This document shows positions 35,521-44,150 of a stretch of 64,000 bases of DNA, in pieces. The stretch is from contig CAMNAK010000003.1 of the NCBI GenBank assembly GCA_946530965.1, positions 8,312-72,311 on the forward strand, read 5' to 3'. The translations under genes were made by a program, and so were the position numbers. Source of the stretch: an uncultured Candidatus Saccharibacteria bacterium. GTDB lineage: Bacteria; Patescibacteriota; Saccharimonadia; Saccharimonadales; Saccharimonadaceae. Within the stretch, counting starts at the first letter, position 1, and every line of letters begins with the position of its first letter. Below the pieces are notes generated by a model. It worked only from the letters and a program-made list of their open reading frames with translations. It was not told the origin of the DNA and ran no database searches.

Positions 35521-35880
35521 ATGAAAGTCTATCGAAACAACAATGACCCCAGAAAAATCGGCCTCAAGTTCGACAACCTTGCGAGCACCCAGATGCTGCT
35601 GGCTGCCTCCGGTTCTCTGGAGGACGAAGTCAAAGTTAGCATCAGCTACCGCAACCGCGATCTCGACGGCGACTTCAATGCCGATCCTGACTACATCAAG
35701 AACTACGATGCGGATTCGTCCTGGGTGGTCAAGACTCTGCTTGATGCCTGTGATCGTGATTGTGAGAGCAAATTCAAAGTTCACTTCGTTTCGGATGATG
35801 GCGGCACCAAGGTCGTCAGTGTTCGAAGGAGCGACACCGGAATGACCTTCCAGGCTCTGATCGATAGCCTTATTGGCTAA
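35521..35880 (+). CDS. Hypothetical protein (119 aa)
   Basis: Bracketed by its own promoter, RBS (AAAGGGGA) and terminator on the plus strand. This is why I prefer it to the overlapping minus-strand ORF 35500..35937. Confidence 0.55.
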   Translation: MKVYRNNNDPRKIGLKFDNLASTQMLLAASGSLEDEVKVSISYRNRDLDGDFNADPDYIKNYDADSSWVVKTLLDACDRDCESKFKVHFVSDDGGTKVVSVRRSDTGMTFQALIDSLIG

Positions 35881-35901
35881 ACATTTCTTCTTTCGTTTAC
35901 T

Positions 35902-35929
35902 CCCGCTCGATGCGAGCGGGATATTTTTT
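35902..35929 (+). terminator. Intrinsic terminator
   Basis: CCCGCTCG-atg-CGAGCGGG followed by atATTTTTT. Confidence 0.8.
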
Positions 35930-35931
35930 GC

Positions 35932-35970
35932 CCACAAAAAACTCCCCTTATTAAAAGGGGAGCTTTTGTT
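35932..35970. terminator. Bidirectional hairpin serving the aquaporin gene
   Basis: CTCCCCTT-attaa-AAGGGGAG, flanked by A6 and T-rich runs. Confidence 0.7.
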
Positions 35971-35979
35971 GCAATCGAA

Positions 35980-37455
35980 TTATTCTTCGACGTTATCTTT
36001 TAGATCTTTGCCTTCCATAAGGTTAGCGAAGTCGGATAGATAGAAGCCTAGAACACCGCCAAATACTGGGAAGATTACATAGGTAACTAGCATTGGCATC
36101 AAAGCATTCATTAGGGAATCTACGCCTTCAGCGCTTGCTGGGAAGATGCCATACATCATACCAACAGCTGGGTTTAGTACGAAGGTGTTGGATTGCTGAC
36201 CAAAGAAGTTGCTATTGATAACAACTGCAAGAAGCATAGCGACGAATACGCCAGCGGATACAGTGATAGCAAATGCGACTTTGTTTTCTTTGACGCGCTG
36301 TGCACGAGCAAAGAAGAAAGCAATGATGATAGCACCAATGAATTCTACCATTGTGACAGCCCAGAAGAAGCTGTAATCTGTGTTTGCTGCAAGTAGATCG
36401 CTAGTTGCGGTTAGGGTTGGCAAAACAGATGTTGCGGCTTCGATGTTGCCGGAGTTGATACCAGCCTGGTAGAAACCATTAATTACTAGGAAACCTAGCC
36501 ATGAACCAAGTACCTGAGAAATGATGTAGATAATACCACGAACTGCGGAAACGCGGCGGCTTGCCATCATACCTGCGGTAACGATTGGGTTTAGGTGTGC
36601 GCCGGATAGCTTGACAATAGCAAGTGTGATACCGACGTAAGCAAGGATCATGTAAAGTGGGTTAAATAGACCAAGGGTAAGAGCAATCATAGTAATGATA
36701 GCTGTACCGAAGATCTCACCAACGATAGCGCCAATGATTCTTGTATCTTTAAAGATGGTAAGAATGTTTTCGTTCTCGTCGCCCTTGCGAGCAAAGAAGG
36801 TCTTTACTGCGCTTGGCTTTGCCTTGGAGCTAATGATCTTGGTTGTAACCTTTGCAGATTTATTCTTCTTTACGTTGTTCTTGAACTCAACCTTAGCTTT
36901 CTTGGAAGCTTTCTTTGAAGATTTCTTTGCGATAACGACCTTTGGCTCTTCTTCCTCTTCGTCGTCCTCGTCCTCTTCCTCTTCGTCGTCTTCCTCAGAC
37001 TCTTCTTCTTCGGACTCGTCGTCTAGATCGTCGTCATCATCTTCCTCGTCGTCTTCGTCCTCATCTTCATCCTCGTCCTCATCGTCCTCGGATTCGTCTT
37101 CGTCTTCGGATTCCTCGTCTTCGTCTTCGAATTCGTTATCCTCTTCTTCAGACTCGTCATCATCTTCCTCGTCGTCTTCGTCGTCCTCGTCCTCTTCCTC
37201 TTCGTCGTCTTCCTCAGACTCTTCTTCTTCGGACTCGTCGTCTTCTTCGGCGTCGATGTCTTCATCTTCTTCGGACTCGTCTTCTTCGTCGACTTCCTCA
37301 TCCTCGATTTCTTCGTCTTCGACAACGTTCTCGAGTTCTTCGTCGTCTACAATTTCCTCACCCTTTTTGGCAGCTTTGGCTTCTTCAGCTTCTACGGAAT
37401 TGTGCTTAGCGGCATTTTTGGCGCGCTTAGCATTCTTGGCCTTTGACTTTGCCAT
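35980..37455 (-). CDS. MIP-family channel (aquaporin/glycerol-facilitator-like) with a ~200-aa N-terminal extension dominated by a poly-Asp/Glu tract
   Basis: The C-terminal ~270 aa have six TM helices plus SGAHLNPIVTAG (an NPI variant of the first NPA box) and VLNPAVGMM (second NPA box). The N-terminal region reads KAK...(D/E-rich)...KKSSKKASKK. Confidence 0.8.
   Translation of the reverse strand: MAKSKAKNAKRAKNAAKHNSVEAEEAKAAKKGEEIVDDEELENVVEDEEIEDEEVDEEDESEEDEDIDAEEDDESEEEESEEDDEEEEDEDDEDDEEDDDESEEEDNEFEDEDEESEDEDESEDDEDEDEDEDEDDEEDDDDDLDDESEEEESEEDDEEEEDEDDEEEEEPKVVIAKKSSKKASKKAKVEFKNNVKKNKSAKVTTKIISSKAKPSAVKTFFARKGDENENILTIFKDTRIIGAIVGEIFGTAIITMIALTLGLFNPLYMILAYVGITLAIVKLSGAHLNPIVTAGMMASRRVSAVRGIIYIISQVLGSWLGFLVINGFYQAGINSGNIEAATSVLPTLTATSDLLAANTDYSFFWAVTMVEFIGAIIIAFFFARAQRVKENKVAFAITVSAGVFVAMLLAVVINSNFFGQQSNTFVLNPAVGMMYGIFPASAEGVDSLMNALMPMLVTYVIFPVFGGVLGFYLSDFANLMEGKDLKDNVEE
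36950..37330 (-). repeat. Low-complexity GA(A/C/G)-codon tract with an internal duplication (encodes the poly-D/E tract)
   Basis: The peptide block SEEEESEEDDEEEEDEDDE occurs twice. The opposite strand gives spurious poly-Ser/poly-Arg ORFs. Confidence 0.8.
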
Positions 37456-37542
37456 CTGTACCTCCTCTTAAACTAGTATATAAACTCAATATAACACAAA
37501 TCTGCTACAATGGTATAAAACAGATATCAAAAAAGGAGTTCC

Positions 37543-37773
37543 GTGGGAATTTTAGTTCAAAAAGACGAAGATACTAGTGAGTTACAGAGGCGCATTTCTG
37601 GCGACCTTAGAAGAAAGGATCGCGAGAATTCACATGATGAAGATGACGGCGATTATGTAGAAAATTCTAGCTTCGTCGAGGGTACACGTAAGTCCTCAAA
37701 ATCTGTACTTTTCTGGGGAACATTGGTTGTTCTCGCAGGTCTTTCCTTGGTTGTGATTTTTGCTCTAAAGTAG
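37543..37773 (+). CDS. Hypothetical small tail-anchored membrane protein
   Basis: GTG start with AAGGAG 4 nt upstream. Charged N-terminus and a single C-terminal TM helix. Confidence 0.4.
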   Translation: MGILVQKDEDTSELQRRISGDLRRKDRENSHDEDDGDYVENSSFVEGTRKSSKSVLFWGTLVVLAGLSLVVIFALK

Positions 37774-37789
37774 TAAAATCTAAGGTATT

Positions 37790-38767
37790 ATGCCAAGTGT
37801 TGTGGAGAATAAAATCGCCGAGTTGAAGGCGCAACTCAAGGCGTTAAATCAAGAATATGCCAAAATCAAAGATATTCCCGCTGAAGAGCGCGGTGATTTT
37901 GGTCGCAAACTAAACGAAAAGAAACAGAAGCTTAATGCTGAGATTGCTGCAGCTGAGGCTGAAGCACTCGAAGTTTCTGTCGAGCCACTAGATATTACAG
38001 CGCCTTGTGATATCAATGGCGAAATGCCAAAGTTTTTGACGGCAGATAACGGTAGCAAGCATCCACTAATGACGGAGCTTGACCGTGTTATATCTATTTA
38101 TCAGTCAATGGGCTTTGATATTGTTGAGTCTCAGCAGCTAGACGATGAATATCATATGTTCGATAGCCTTAACTTTGCCAAAGAGCATCCAGCACGCGAC
38201 AACTTTGATACTTTCCGCACCGAAGAAGGCTTTATTCCACCTGCACATACCAGTACGATGCAGAATCGTATTTTGCGTGCATACAAATACAAGCTAGACG
38301 AAGGCAAGAATATTGCCGTCGCTGTTCCTGGCCGTGTTTATCGTAACGAGGATCAGGATGCAACTCACGAACATACTTTCTATCAGTGCGAAGGTGTTTA
38401 TGTCTCCAAAACTTGTACACTTGGCAACATGCTTGGTATCTTGCGTGAATTCTTTGAAAAATATTACAACCAAAAACTCAACATCCGCACACAGCCTGGC
38501 TTCTTCCCATTTACGGAGCCATCTCTTGAATTTATGATCGAAAAACCAGCCTCTCTTGTTGGTAAATCCGGTGAATATCTTGAAATGCTCGGTTGTGGCA
38601 TGATTCATCCAAACGTTCTAAAAGAAGCTGGTATTAACCCAGACGAATATTGTGGCTTTGCTTGGGGCGGTGGTATTGACCGCCTAGTCATGCTAAAGCG
38701 CAAGCTAACCGATGTTCGCTATTTTGAATCCGCAAAACTTGATTTCTTGAAGGAGTTATCATGCTAA
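37790..38767 (+). CDS. pheS: Phenylalanyl-tRNA synthetase alpha subunit
   Basis: HPLMTELDRV and FRTEEGFIPPAHTSTMQ motifs, with class II motif 3 GFAWGGGIDRLVM. Confidence 0.95.
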   Translation: MPSVVENKIAELKAQLKALNQEYAKIKDIPAEERGDFGRKLNEKKQKLNAEIAAAEAEALEVSVEPLDITAPCDINGEMPKFLTADNGSKHPLMTELDRVISIYQSMGFDIVESQQLDDEYHMFDSLNFAKEHPARDNFDTFRTEEGFIPPAHTSTMQNRILRAYKYKLDEGKNIAVAVPGRVYRNEDQDATHEHTFYQCEGVYVSKTCTLGNMLGILREFFEKYYNQKLNIRTQPGFFPFTEPSLEFMIEKPASLVGKSGEYLEMLGCGMIHPNVLKEAGINPDEYCGFAWGGGIDRLVMLKRKLTDVRYFESAKLDFLKELSC

Positions 38768-41193
38768 TTTCTTTGAACTGGCTCAAAAAATACGTAGACA
38801 TCGATGTCTCCGACGACGAACTTGTTCGCCTTATTGGCTCTCGCTTGGTTGAGGTCGAAGGTGTTATTGATGAAACTCACAAATACGACAAAATCTATGC
38901 CGTAAAGGTTGTTAGTGCCGAGAAAATTCCTGATACGCACCTATCTCTATGCGCTATCGACGATGGCGGCCGCGAAACAGATATTATCCGCGATAAAGAT
39001 GGTAATATTCAGGTTATGTGCGGTGCGCCAAACGTTCATGCTGGCATGATGGCTGCATGGGTCGCTCCAGGCGCTATTGTTCCTGCTAGTGTTCATGATG
39101 ACGCGCCATTTGTAATCGGTATGCGCAAGATGCTAAAGAAGTACGACTCTTATGGCATGCTTGCTGGTGCTGACGAGCTAGATTTTGGCGGCGATCACCT
39201 TGGCATTGCCGAGCTCGATCCAAAGGTTGCTAAGCCTGGTATGCCACTAGCAGATATTTATGAGCTTAACGATATTATTCTAGACATCGAAAACAAGTCT
39301 TTGACTCATCGCCCAGATACCTTTGGCGTAATTGGCTTTGCGCGTGAAGTTGCTGGCATTCTTGGCAAAGAATTCAAGACTCCAGAATGGCTATTCGAAA
39401 CCAAGCCAAGCTTTAAGAATGAAGATGTTGAGCTAGACATCGAGATTGCAGACAAGAAACTTTGCCCACGCTATACTGCGCTAGTTATGATGCCTCATGG
39501 CGAATTTGAAGACAAGTATCTTACTTTGGAACGTACTTATCTTTGCAAGTCTGGCATGCGCCCAGTCAGCCCAATCGTAGATCTAACGAACTACTTGATG
39601 CTTCTATCTGGCCAGCCAACACATGCTTTCGACTACGATAAGTTCCTAGCTGTCGGCAAGGCAAAGATGCCAAAGATTCTTGTTCGTGCTGCAAAAGATG
39701 GCGAAAAGTTGACTCTTCTCGATGACAGAGAAGTGGAGCTAAATTCTAACGATATCGTTATTACGAGTAGCGACGTTCCTGTTGCGCTCGCTGGTGCAAT
39801 GGGTGGCAAGAATACTGAGATCGACGAAAATACCAAGCGTATTATCCTTGAGTCTGCAACTTTCAGCCTATTCAACCTTCGTAAGACTCAGATGAACCAT
39901 GGTATCTTCTCTGAAGCTATTACTAGGTTCACAAAGGGTCAGCCAGCTGGCCAGACTCTTCCTGTTGCTTTGAAGTTTGCAGAGGAAGCCAAGGCTTTGA
40001 AACCGGTTGCTCTCTTTGATAGTCAGAAGAAAGCTCCAGAATCAATCGTCGTTACAATTTCTCTAGAAAAGATGGTTGGACTCCTTGGCAAGAAGTTTAC
40101 TGCCGAAGAAACCAAGACAATCCTCGAGAATGTAAACTTTGACGTTGCTATTGATGGTGACAAGATTAGCTGCACGGTTCCATACTGGCGCACAGATATT
40201 CATATTGCAGAAGATATCTATGAAGAAATCGGCCGCCTCAGTGGCTTCGATAACATCGACCCAATTTTGCCACTTCACGGGACTTCCGAATCTAGCCCAC
40301 GCTTTGTTTTAAAGAGTCGCATCCGCGAATTCTTGAGCGCACGTGGCGCAAATGAGGTTCTTACTTATTCATTTGTAAACGGCGAGCTTCTAAACAAGGT
40401 AAAGCAGGACGAGAAGAATTCTTACAAGATTGTAAACTCTATCTCTCCAGATCTTCAGTATATCCGCCAGAGCATCGCTCCATCTTTGCTCAACAAAGCA
40501 TATATGAACATCCGCGCAGGCTATAAGCAGTTCGCAATGTTCGAATTTAATCAGGTCTACCGCAAGAGCTTTGGTCTTGACGAACAGAAAGTTCCAAACG
40601 GTCGTCATGAGCTATCTATCTTGTTTATTAACAGTGATAGCAAGTGCGAATACTACCAGGCAAAGCATTATCTTGAAGCATTACTTCAGAACCTAAATAT
40701 CGACTTCGAGATCCGCAAGTTCGAATCCGAAGCAGACAAATCCAATGCATATTACGAGCCAAAGCGCTCCGCCGCTGTTTATGCTGGCGACAAGCTAATT
40801 GGTTATCTTGGCGAAGTAAAGAATTCTATCTTGCAGGGTTTCAAGCTTCCTCAGGGTACGGCATGCTTCGAACTAGCTTTGGATTGCTTGGTTGAACTTC
40901 AGAGTGATACTCCTGCAAAGAGGCCTCGCTTTAGTCAGTATCCATCTGTAGAAAGAGATATTACTCTCACGGTTGCTGGCAAGCAGGATTACCAGGCAGT
41001 AGAGAAGGCTCTAAAGGATGTTCTCGAGGCTAAGGATTTGATTTATAGTGTAAAACCAGTCTCGATTTACCAGGCCGAAGGTCAGGATACGAAGAACTTG
41101 AGCTTCCGTGTCAGCTTCGCCGATGCAAACAAAACTCTCGCCAAAGAGGCAATTCAAGCTATAATGAAAGAATTGGAAACTGTTAAATTTTAA
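38761..41193 (+). CDS. pheT: Phenylalanyl-tRNA synthetase beta subunit
   Basis: MLISLNWLKKYV N-terminus with B3/4, B5 and anticodon-binding-like regions. It overlaps pheS by 7 nt. Confidence 0.95.
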   Translation: MLISLNWLKKYVDIDVSDDELVRLIGSRLVEVEGVIDETHKYDKIYAVKVVSAEKIPDTHLSLCAIDDGGRETDIIRDKDGNIQVMCGAPNVHAGMMAAWVAPGAIVPASVHDDAPFVIGMRKMLKKYDSYGMLAGADELDFGGDHLGIAELDPKVAKPGMPLADIYELNDIILDIENKSLTHRPDTFGVIGFAREVAGILGKEFKTPEWLFETKPSFKNEDVELDIEIADKKLCPRYTALVMMPHGEFEDKYLTLERTYLCKSGMRPVSPIVDLTNYLMLLSGQPTHAFDYDKFLAVGKAKMPKILVRAAKDGEKLTLLDDREVELNSNDIVITSSDVPVALAGAMGGKNTEIDENTKRIILESATFSLFNLRKTQMNHGIFSEAITRFTKGQPAGQTLPVALKFAEEAKALKPVALFDSQKKAPESIVVTISLEKMVGLLGKKFTAEETKTILENVNFDVAIDGDKISCTVPYWRTDIHIAEDIYEEIGRLSGFDNIDPILPLHGTSESSPRFVLKSRIREFLSARGANEVLTYSFVNGELLNKVKQDEKNSYKIVNSISPDLQYIRQSIAPSLLNKAYMNIRAGYKQFAMFEFNQVYRKSFGLDEQKVPNGRHELSILFINSDSKCEYYQAKHYLEALLQNLNIDFEIRKFESEADKSNAYYEPKRSAAVYAGDKLIGYLGEVKNSILQGFKLPQGTACFELALDCLVELQSDTPAKRPRFSQYPSVERDITLTVAGKQDYQAVEKALKDVLEAKDLIYSVKPVSIYQAEGQDTKNLSFRVSFADANKTLAKEAIQAIMKELETVKF

Positions 41194-41220
41194 TTAATCG
41201 GTGGGCGACGGAGGTAATAC

Positions 41221-41943
41221 ATGATTAAGAATGACGATAAAAAGACATCGCCAAAACAGCGTATTGTGATCTGCGCGATTGCGGTCTTTATGCTTGCGGC
41301 AACTTTTATGCTTTATCTTGGCATGGTCTTGAACTATCAGAACGGCGAGAAAAAGCAGCAGACTCAGACAGAGAAGCAACAGAGACTAACCGAGCTTATG
41401 CAGGAGCATAGCGCAGAAGTTAATCAGTTGGCACAGGGTCTTTCCGAGAAATACTTTAACGATTTCGTCGGATACAAAGATCGCGTAAAGAGCTTCAATG
41501 CTGCTGATGTTACTTCGCTTGATACTAAGGATTTGAAGGTTGGTGACGGTGCAACTATCGAAGATGGCAACGAAGATACAGATTACTCTGCTTATTATAT
41601 CGGTTGGTTGTCTGACGGTACTATCTTTGATTCTTCCTTCGATAGCAAGACTAGCCCAACATCTCTAAAGTTCCCACTAGAAGGTTCCACTGGCATGATT
41701 CAGGGTTGGCTAGATGGCATCTCTGGCATGAAGATTGGCGGCGTTCGTGAGCTAACAATCCCGTCTGTCTTGGCTTATGGTGAAACAGATAACGGAACGA
41801 TTCCTGCAAACAGCCCACTAAAGTTTGTCGTGATGCTTATTCCAAAGCAGGTTGAGCCAGATTATCCAGAAGAATTCTATAAGCTATATTATGGCGATGC
41901 TTATACGACCATGATGCAGCAGGGCGAAAGCTCGGAAGAGTAA
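41221..41943 (+). CDS. Membrane-anchored FKBP-type peptidyl-prolyl cis-trans isomerase
   Basis: The C-terminal segment FDSSFD...MIQGWLDGISGMKIGGVRELTIPSVLAYG matches the FKBP signature, and an N-terminal TM helix is present. RBS GGAGG. Confidence 0.85.
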   Translation: MIKNDDKKTSPKQRIVICAIAVFMLAATFMLYLGMVLNYQNGEKKQQTQTEKQQRLTELMQEHSAEVNQLAQGLSEKYFNDFVGYKDRVKSFNAADVTSLDTKDLKVGDGATIEDGNEDTDYSAYYIGWLSDGTIFDSSFDSKTSPTSLKFPLEGSTGMIQGWLDGISGMKIGGVRELTIPSVLAYGETDNGTIPANSPLKFVVMLIPKQVEPDYPEEFYKLYYGDAYTTMMQQGESSEE

Positions 41944-41955
41944 AAGCTCCAGAAA

Positions 41956-41985
41956 GAATCCCATCGAAAAGGTGGGGTTCTTTTT
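41956..41985 (+). terminator. Intrinsic terminator
   Basis: GAATCCCA-N9-TGGGGTTC followed by TTTTT. Confidence 0.7.
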
Positions 41986-41991
41986 GTATGA

Positions 41992-42019
41992 TTGACAAAA
42001 CCGCAAAATATGTTACTAT
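41992..42019 (+). promoter_or_regulatory. Sigma70-type promoter
   Basis: TTGACA-16 nt-TACTAT with a TGt extension. Confidence 0.6.
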
Positions 42020-42060
42020 ATAAACACATACGCAATCCGTAAAGTTCTTTAGAAAGAGAG

Positions 42061-43083
42061 GTGTTATTATTGCCAATACGCAAAACACATTCAGACGAAG
42101 AAATTTTTGCGAGCCTTCGCAGAGTAGTAAAAATCCTTGGCAGACGCCCGCTACGGCGAGAATATGAAAAGCATCGCTATGACTCCGAACCGACCGCGGA
42201 TACTATCACTAGACGTTTTGGTAGTTGGAAGGAGGCTCTAGCGGCTGCAGGAATCGACCCGAAGGATCCGGGGCAAAACCCAAATTTTCTCACGGACGGG
42301 GAGATATTGGGGCATCTGCGAGAAATTGCTCGTGTCGTAGGGCATACACCAAGCGTTCCAGAATATAATGCTTTGCGTCGCCCGCATATGGCTTGCTCGA
42401 CTACGGTTTCTGAGCGCTTTGGTGGCAGGTGGGAATATGCTATAGAAGCCGCAGGGCTACCTGAGCGTAATTCGAACAAGATTGAACGCGAGCGAATCAT
42501 AAAAGCTCTGCAAGAAATCGCGAGAAAACTTGGCCATCCTCCAACCAGAAGCGAGTACAAAGCGAATAGGGCAAAAGACATGCCTAGCGAAAAAACAATA
42601 TCGCGTAACTTCGACCCTTGGGCAGATGCTCTGAAGGCTGCCAGTCTCGAACCCTGCAAGTGTAGCCATACGGGGTGCAGGTATTCGGACGAAGAAGTGG
42701 CTAAGAGTTTGCGCGTCATGGCAGAAAAACTCGGTCATACTCCATCGCTCAAGGAATATGTCAAGTATCATGAGCCTGGTATGCCGAACGATAAAACGCT
42801 GCGCATAAGGTATGGTTCTTGGCCGCTGGCTCTAAAAGCGGCAGGCTTTGAAGATTACGATGCGAAGTCCAAGGACCACCGAGTAGTGTTCGAAGAAAAG
42901 TATTCTGACGAAGAAATTCGGGAAGCTCTGGTGGCCGTGGCCGATAAGGTCGGACATGCACCCTCGCGAAATGAGTACAGGCGACTTCGCCCTGGCGACT
43001 CGCCCAGTCCGAGTACGGTCCTCTACAGGTATAAAACCTGGATGGAGGCACTGAAGCAGAATGGGTTGCTAGAAGGCGAGTAA
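42061..43083 (+). CDS. Protein made only of five homing-endonuclease-associated (HNH_repeat-type) repeats
   Basis: Five ~65-aa units follow the pattern sDEEi..aLr.va.klGh.Ps..EY......mps..ti..rfGsW..AlkaAG. The true start is probably the TTG at 42070 (GAGAGGTG 6 nt upstream). No nuclease domain lies in the ORF. Confidence 0.6.
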   Translation: MLLLPIRKTHSDEEIFASLRRVVKILGRRPLRREYEKHRYDSEPTADTITRRFGSWKEALAAAGIDPKDPGQNPNFLTDGEILGHLREIARVVGHTPSVPEYNALRRPHMACSTTVSERFGGRWEYAIEAAGLPERNSNKIERERIIKALQEIARKLGHPPTRSEYKANRAKDMPSEKTISRNFDPWADALKAASLEPCKCSHTGCRYSDEEVAKSLRVMAEKLGHTPSLKEYVKYHEPGMPNDKTLRIRYGSWPLALKAAGFEDYDAKSKDHRVVFEEKYSDEEIREALVAVADKVGHAPSRNEYRRLRPGDSPSPSTVLYRYKTWMEALKQNGLLEGE

Positions 43084-43100
43084 TAACTCGGACTCGATCA

Positions 43101-43130
43101 ATCTCCTGCTAAAAGCGGGAGATTTTTCTT
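43101..43130 (+). terminator. Intrinsic terminator
   Basis: ATCTCCTGCT-aaa-AGCGGGAGAT followed by TTTTT. Confidence 0.8.
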
Positions 43131-43185
43131 TGTCTAAAACATGATTGTCAAACCATGGTAAATTTGGACGTTCTCTCTTATCTTA

Positions 43186-43214
43186 TTGACATTTTACACC
43201 CCTTATGGTATAAT
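43186..43214 (+). promoter_or_regulatory. Sigma70-type promoter (perfect consensus)
   Basis: TTGACA-17 nt-TATAAT. It lies inside the listed ORF 43155..44066, so that ORF's N-terminus is not real. Confidence 0.7.
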
Positions 43215-43316
43215 CTATATACTGTTTTTGGTCTTCTTTGGGAGAAGTGTGAAGCCAAAATGTTCATTAATTTGTCCAATGGAGTCCTAGTGGCTCCAAA
43301 CAAAAGAAAGGAAGTG

Positions 43317-44066
43317 ATGGGATTGAATACCAATCCTTATTACCACGAGTTTTCGGCCTCACTGGATAGCGAGGTCATCATCGGAACCGCCATTCTGCTT
43401 GCTACGATCCTCATTATTGTCGCAAGAATCACACGTATCGGCAGCACGAAATCCAGAAAGAACGTGATCGTCAGAGCTCGCAAGGCAAGAGCCCTCTGCG
43501 AGATACTCGACAGAGATTACGCTCCGTCTGGAAGATCTCTCGTGTTGCCTTCGGCCAGCGCAGATTATTCTCTGGCCCTTGTCTTTGGCGGTCTCGAGGC
43601 TTTTCTTCTTTACCGTTTCTGCCATGCCGGTCTCACTCAGCTGATGCTAAACGTCTTTGGCGAGTGGGTTGGCTACTGCATGGTGCTGTTTGCCGATATC
43701 GTCGGAATCGTGGCCTGCGTCACCGCAATGTGGGTTTATGCGCGTTTTGTTCAGTTAGTAGTGGTTGCCGCAAAGCTCCACTACAACGACAGTCATGCGA
43801 ACAAGCTCAAGGTGTCTCAGCGCTGTGGTATTAGCGACGTTGCGTTCTCTCTCACGAAGAGAGGTCGCAGATACGCCGCCACTATTGCAGCACAGAAGGC
43901 TCAGCAGAAACAGGAAAGAGAACGTAACGAGCGTGCCGAGAGGTACTATCGCTACGAAACTCTGCAGGCGGAGCTTGCTCAGCACGAAATCGACAAGATC
44001 GACAAGATCCGCGGCAGAAGAATCAGCATGACGACAAACAGAGAAAGAATGCGTCGTGCAAAATAA
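43317..44066 (+). CDS. Hypothetical membrane protein with a basic coiled-coil C-terminus
   Basis: Start trimmed to lie downstream of the promoter: MGLNT at 43317, with AAAGGAAG just upstream. MFINL at 43260 is an alternative. It has three or four TM helices and then a QKAQQKQERERNERAERYYR tail. Confidence 0.45.
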   Translation: MGLNTNPYYHEFSASLDSEVIIGTAILLATILIIVARITRIGSTKSRKNVIVRARKARALCEILDRDYAPSGRSLVLPSASADYSLALVFGGLEAFLLYRFCHAGLTQLMLNVFGEWVGYCMVLFADIVGIVACVTAMWVYARFVQLVVVAAKLHYNDSHANKLKVSQRCGISDVAFSLTKRGRRYAATIAAQKAQQKQERERNERAERYYRYETLQAELAQHEIDKIDKIRGRRISMTTNRERMRRAK

Positions 44067-44100
44067 GTAATAGTCTCACTTGCTTCAAACTTCTCCATGT

Positions 44101-44127
44101 GGGGTCGGCAGCAGCCGGCCCCTTTTT
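44101..44127 (+). terminator. Intrinsic terminator
   Basis: GGGGTCGGC-agca-GCCGGCCCC followed by TTTTT. Confidence 0.85.
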
Positions 44128-44150
44128 ATTGCTCGTGATATAGTAGAGAT

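Noticed and set aside
35500-35937. 145-aa minus-strand ORF overlapping 35521..35880
   Set aside because: The promoter (35417-35445), RBS and terminator (35902-35929) are all oriented for the plus-strand ORF. The minus ORF would start inside a terminator.
36695-37471. Plus-strand 258-aa poly-Ser ORF and the overlapping 155-aa Arg/Leu/Pro-rich ORF (36942..37409), plus the minus-strand 100-aa Lys-rich ORF (37023..37325)
   Set aside because: These are off-frame or antisense readings of the GAA/GAC/GAG repeat tract that encodes the poly-D/E N-terminus of the MIP channel. They are pure low complexity, have no RBS, and lie inside a gene with a clear functional core.
43155-43316. N-terminal 54 codons of the listed ORF 43155..44066
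   Set aside because: A perfect TTGACA-17-TATAAT promoter (43186-43214) lies inside this segment, so translation must start downstream.
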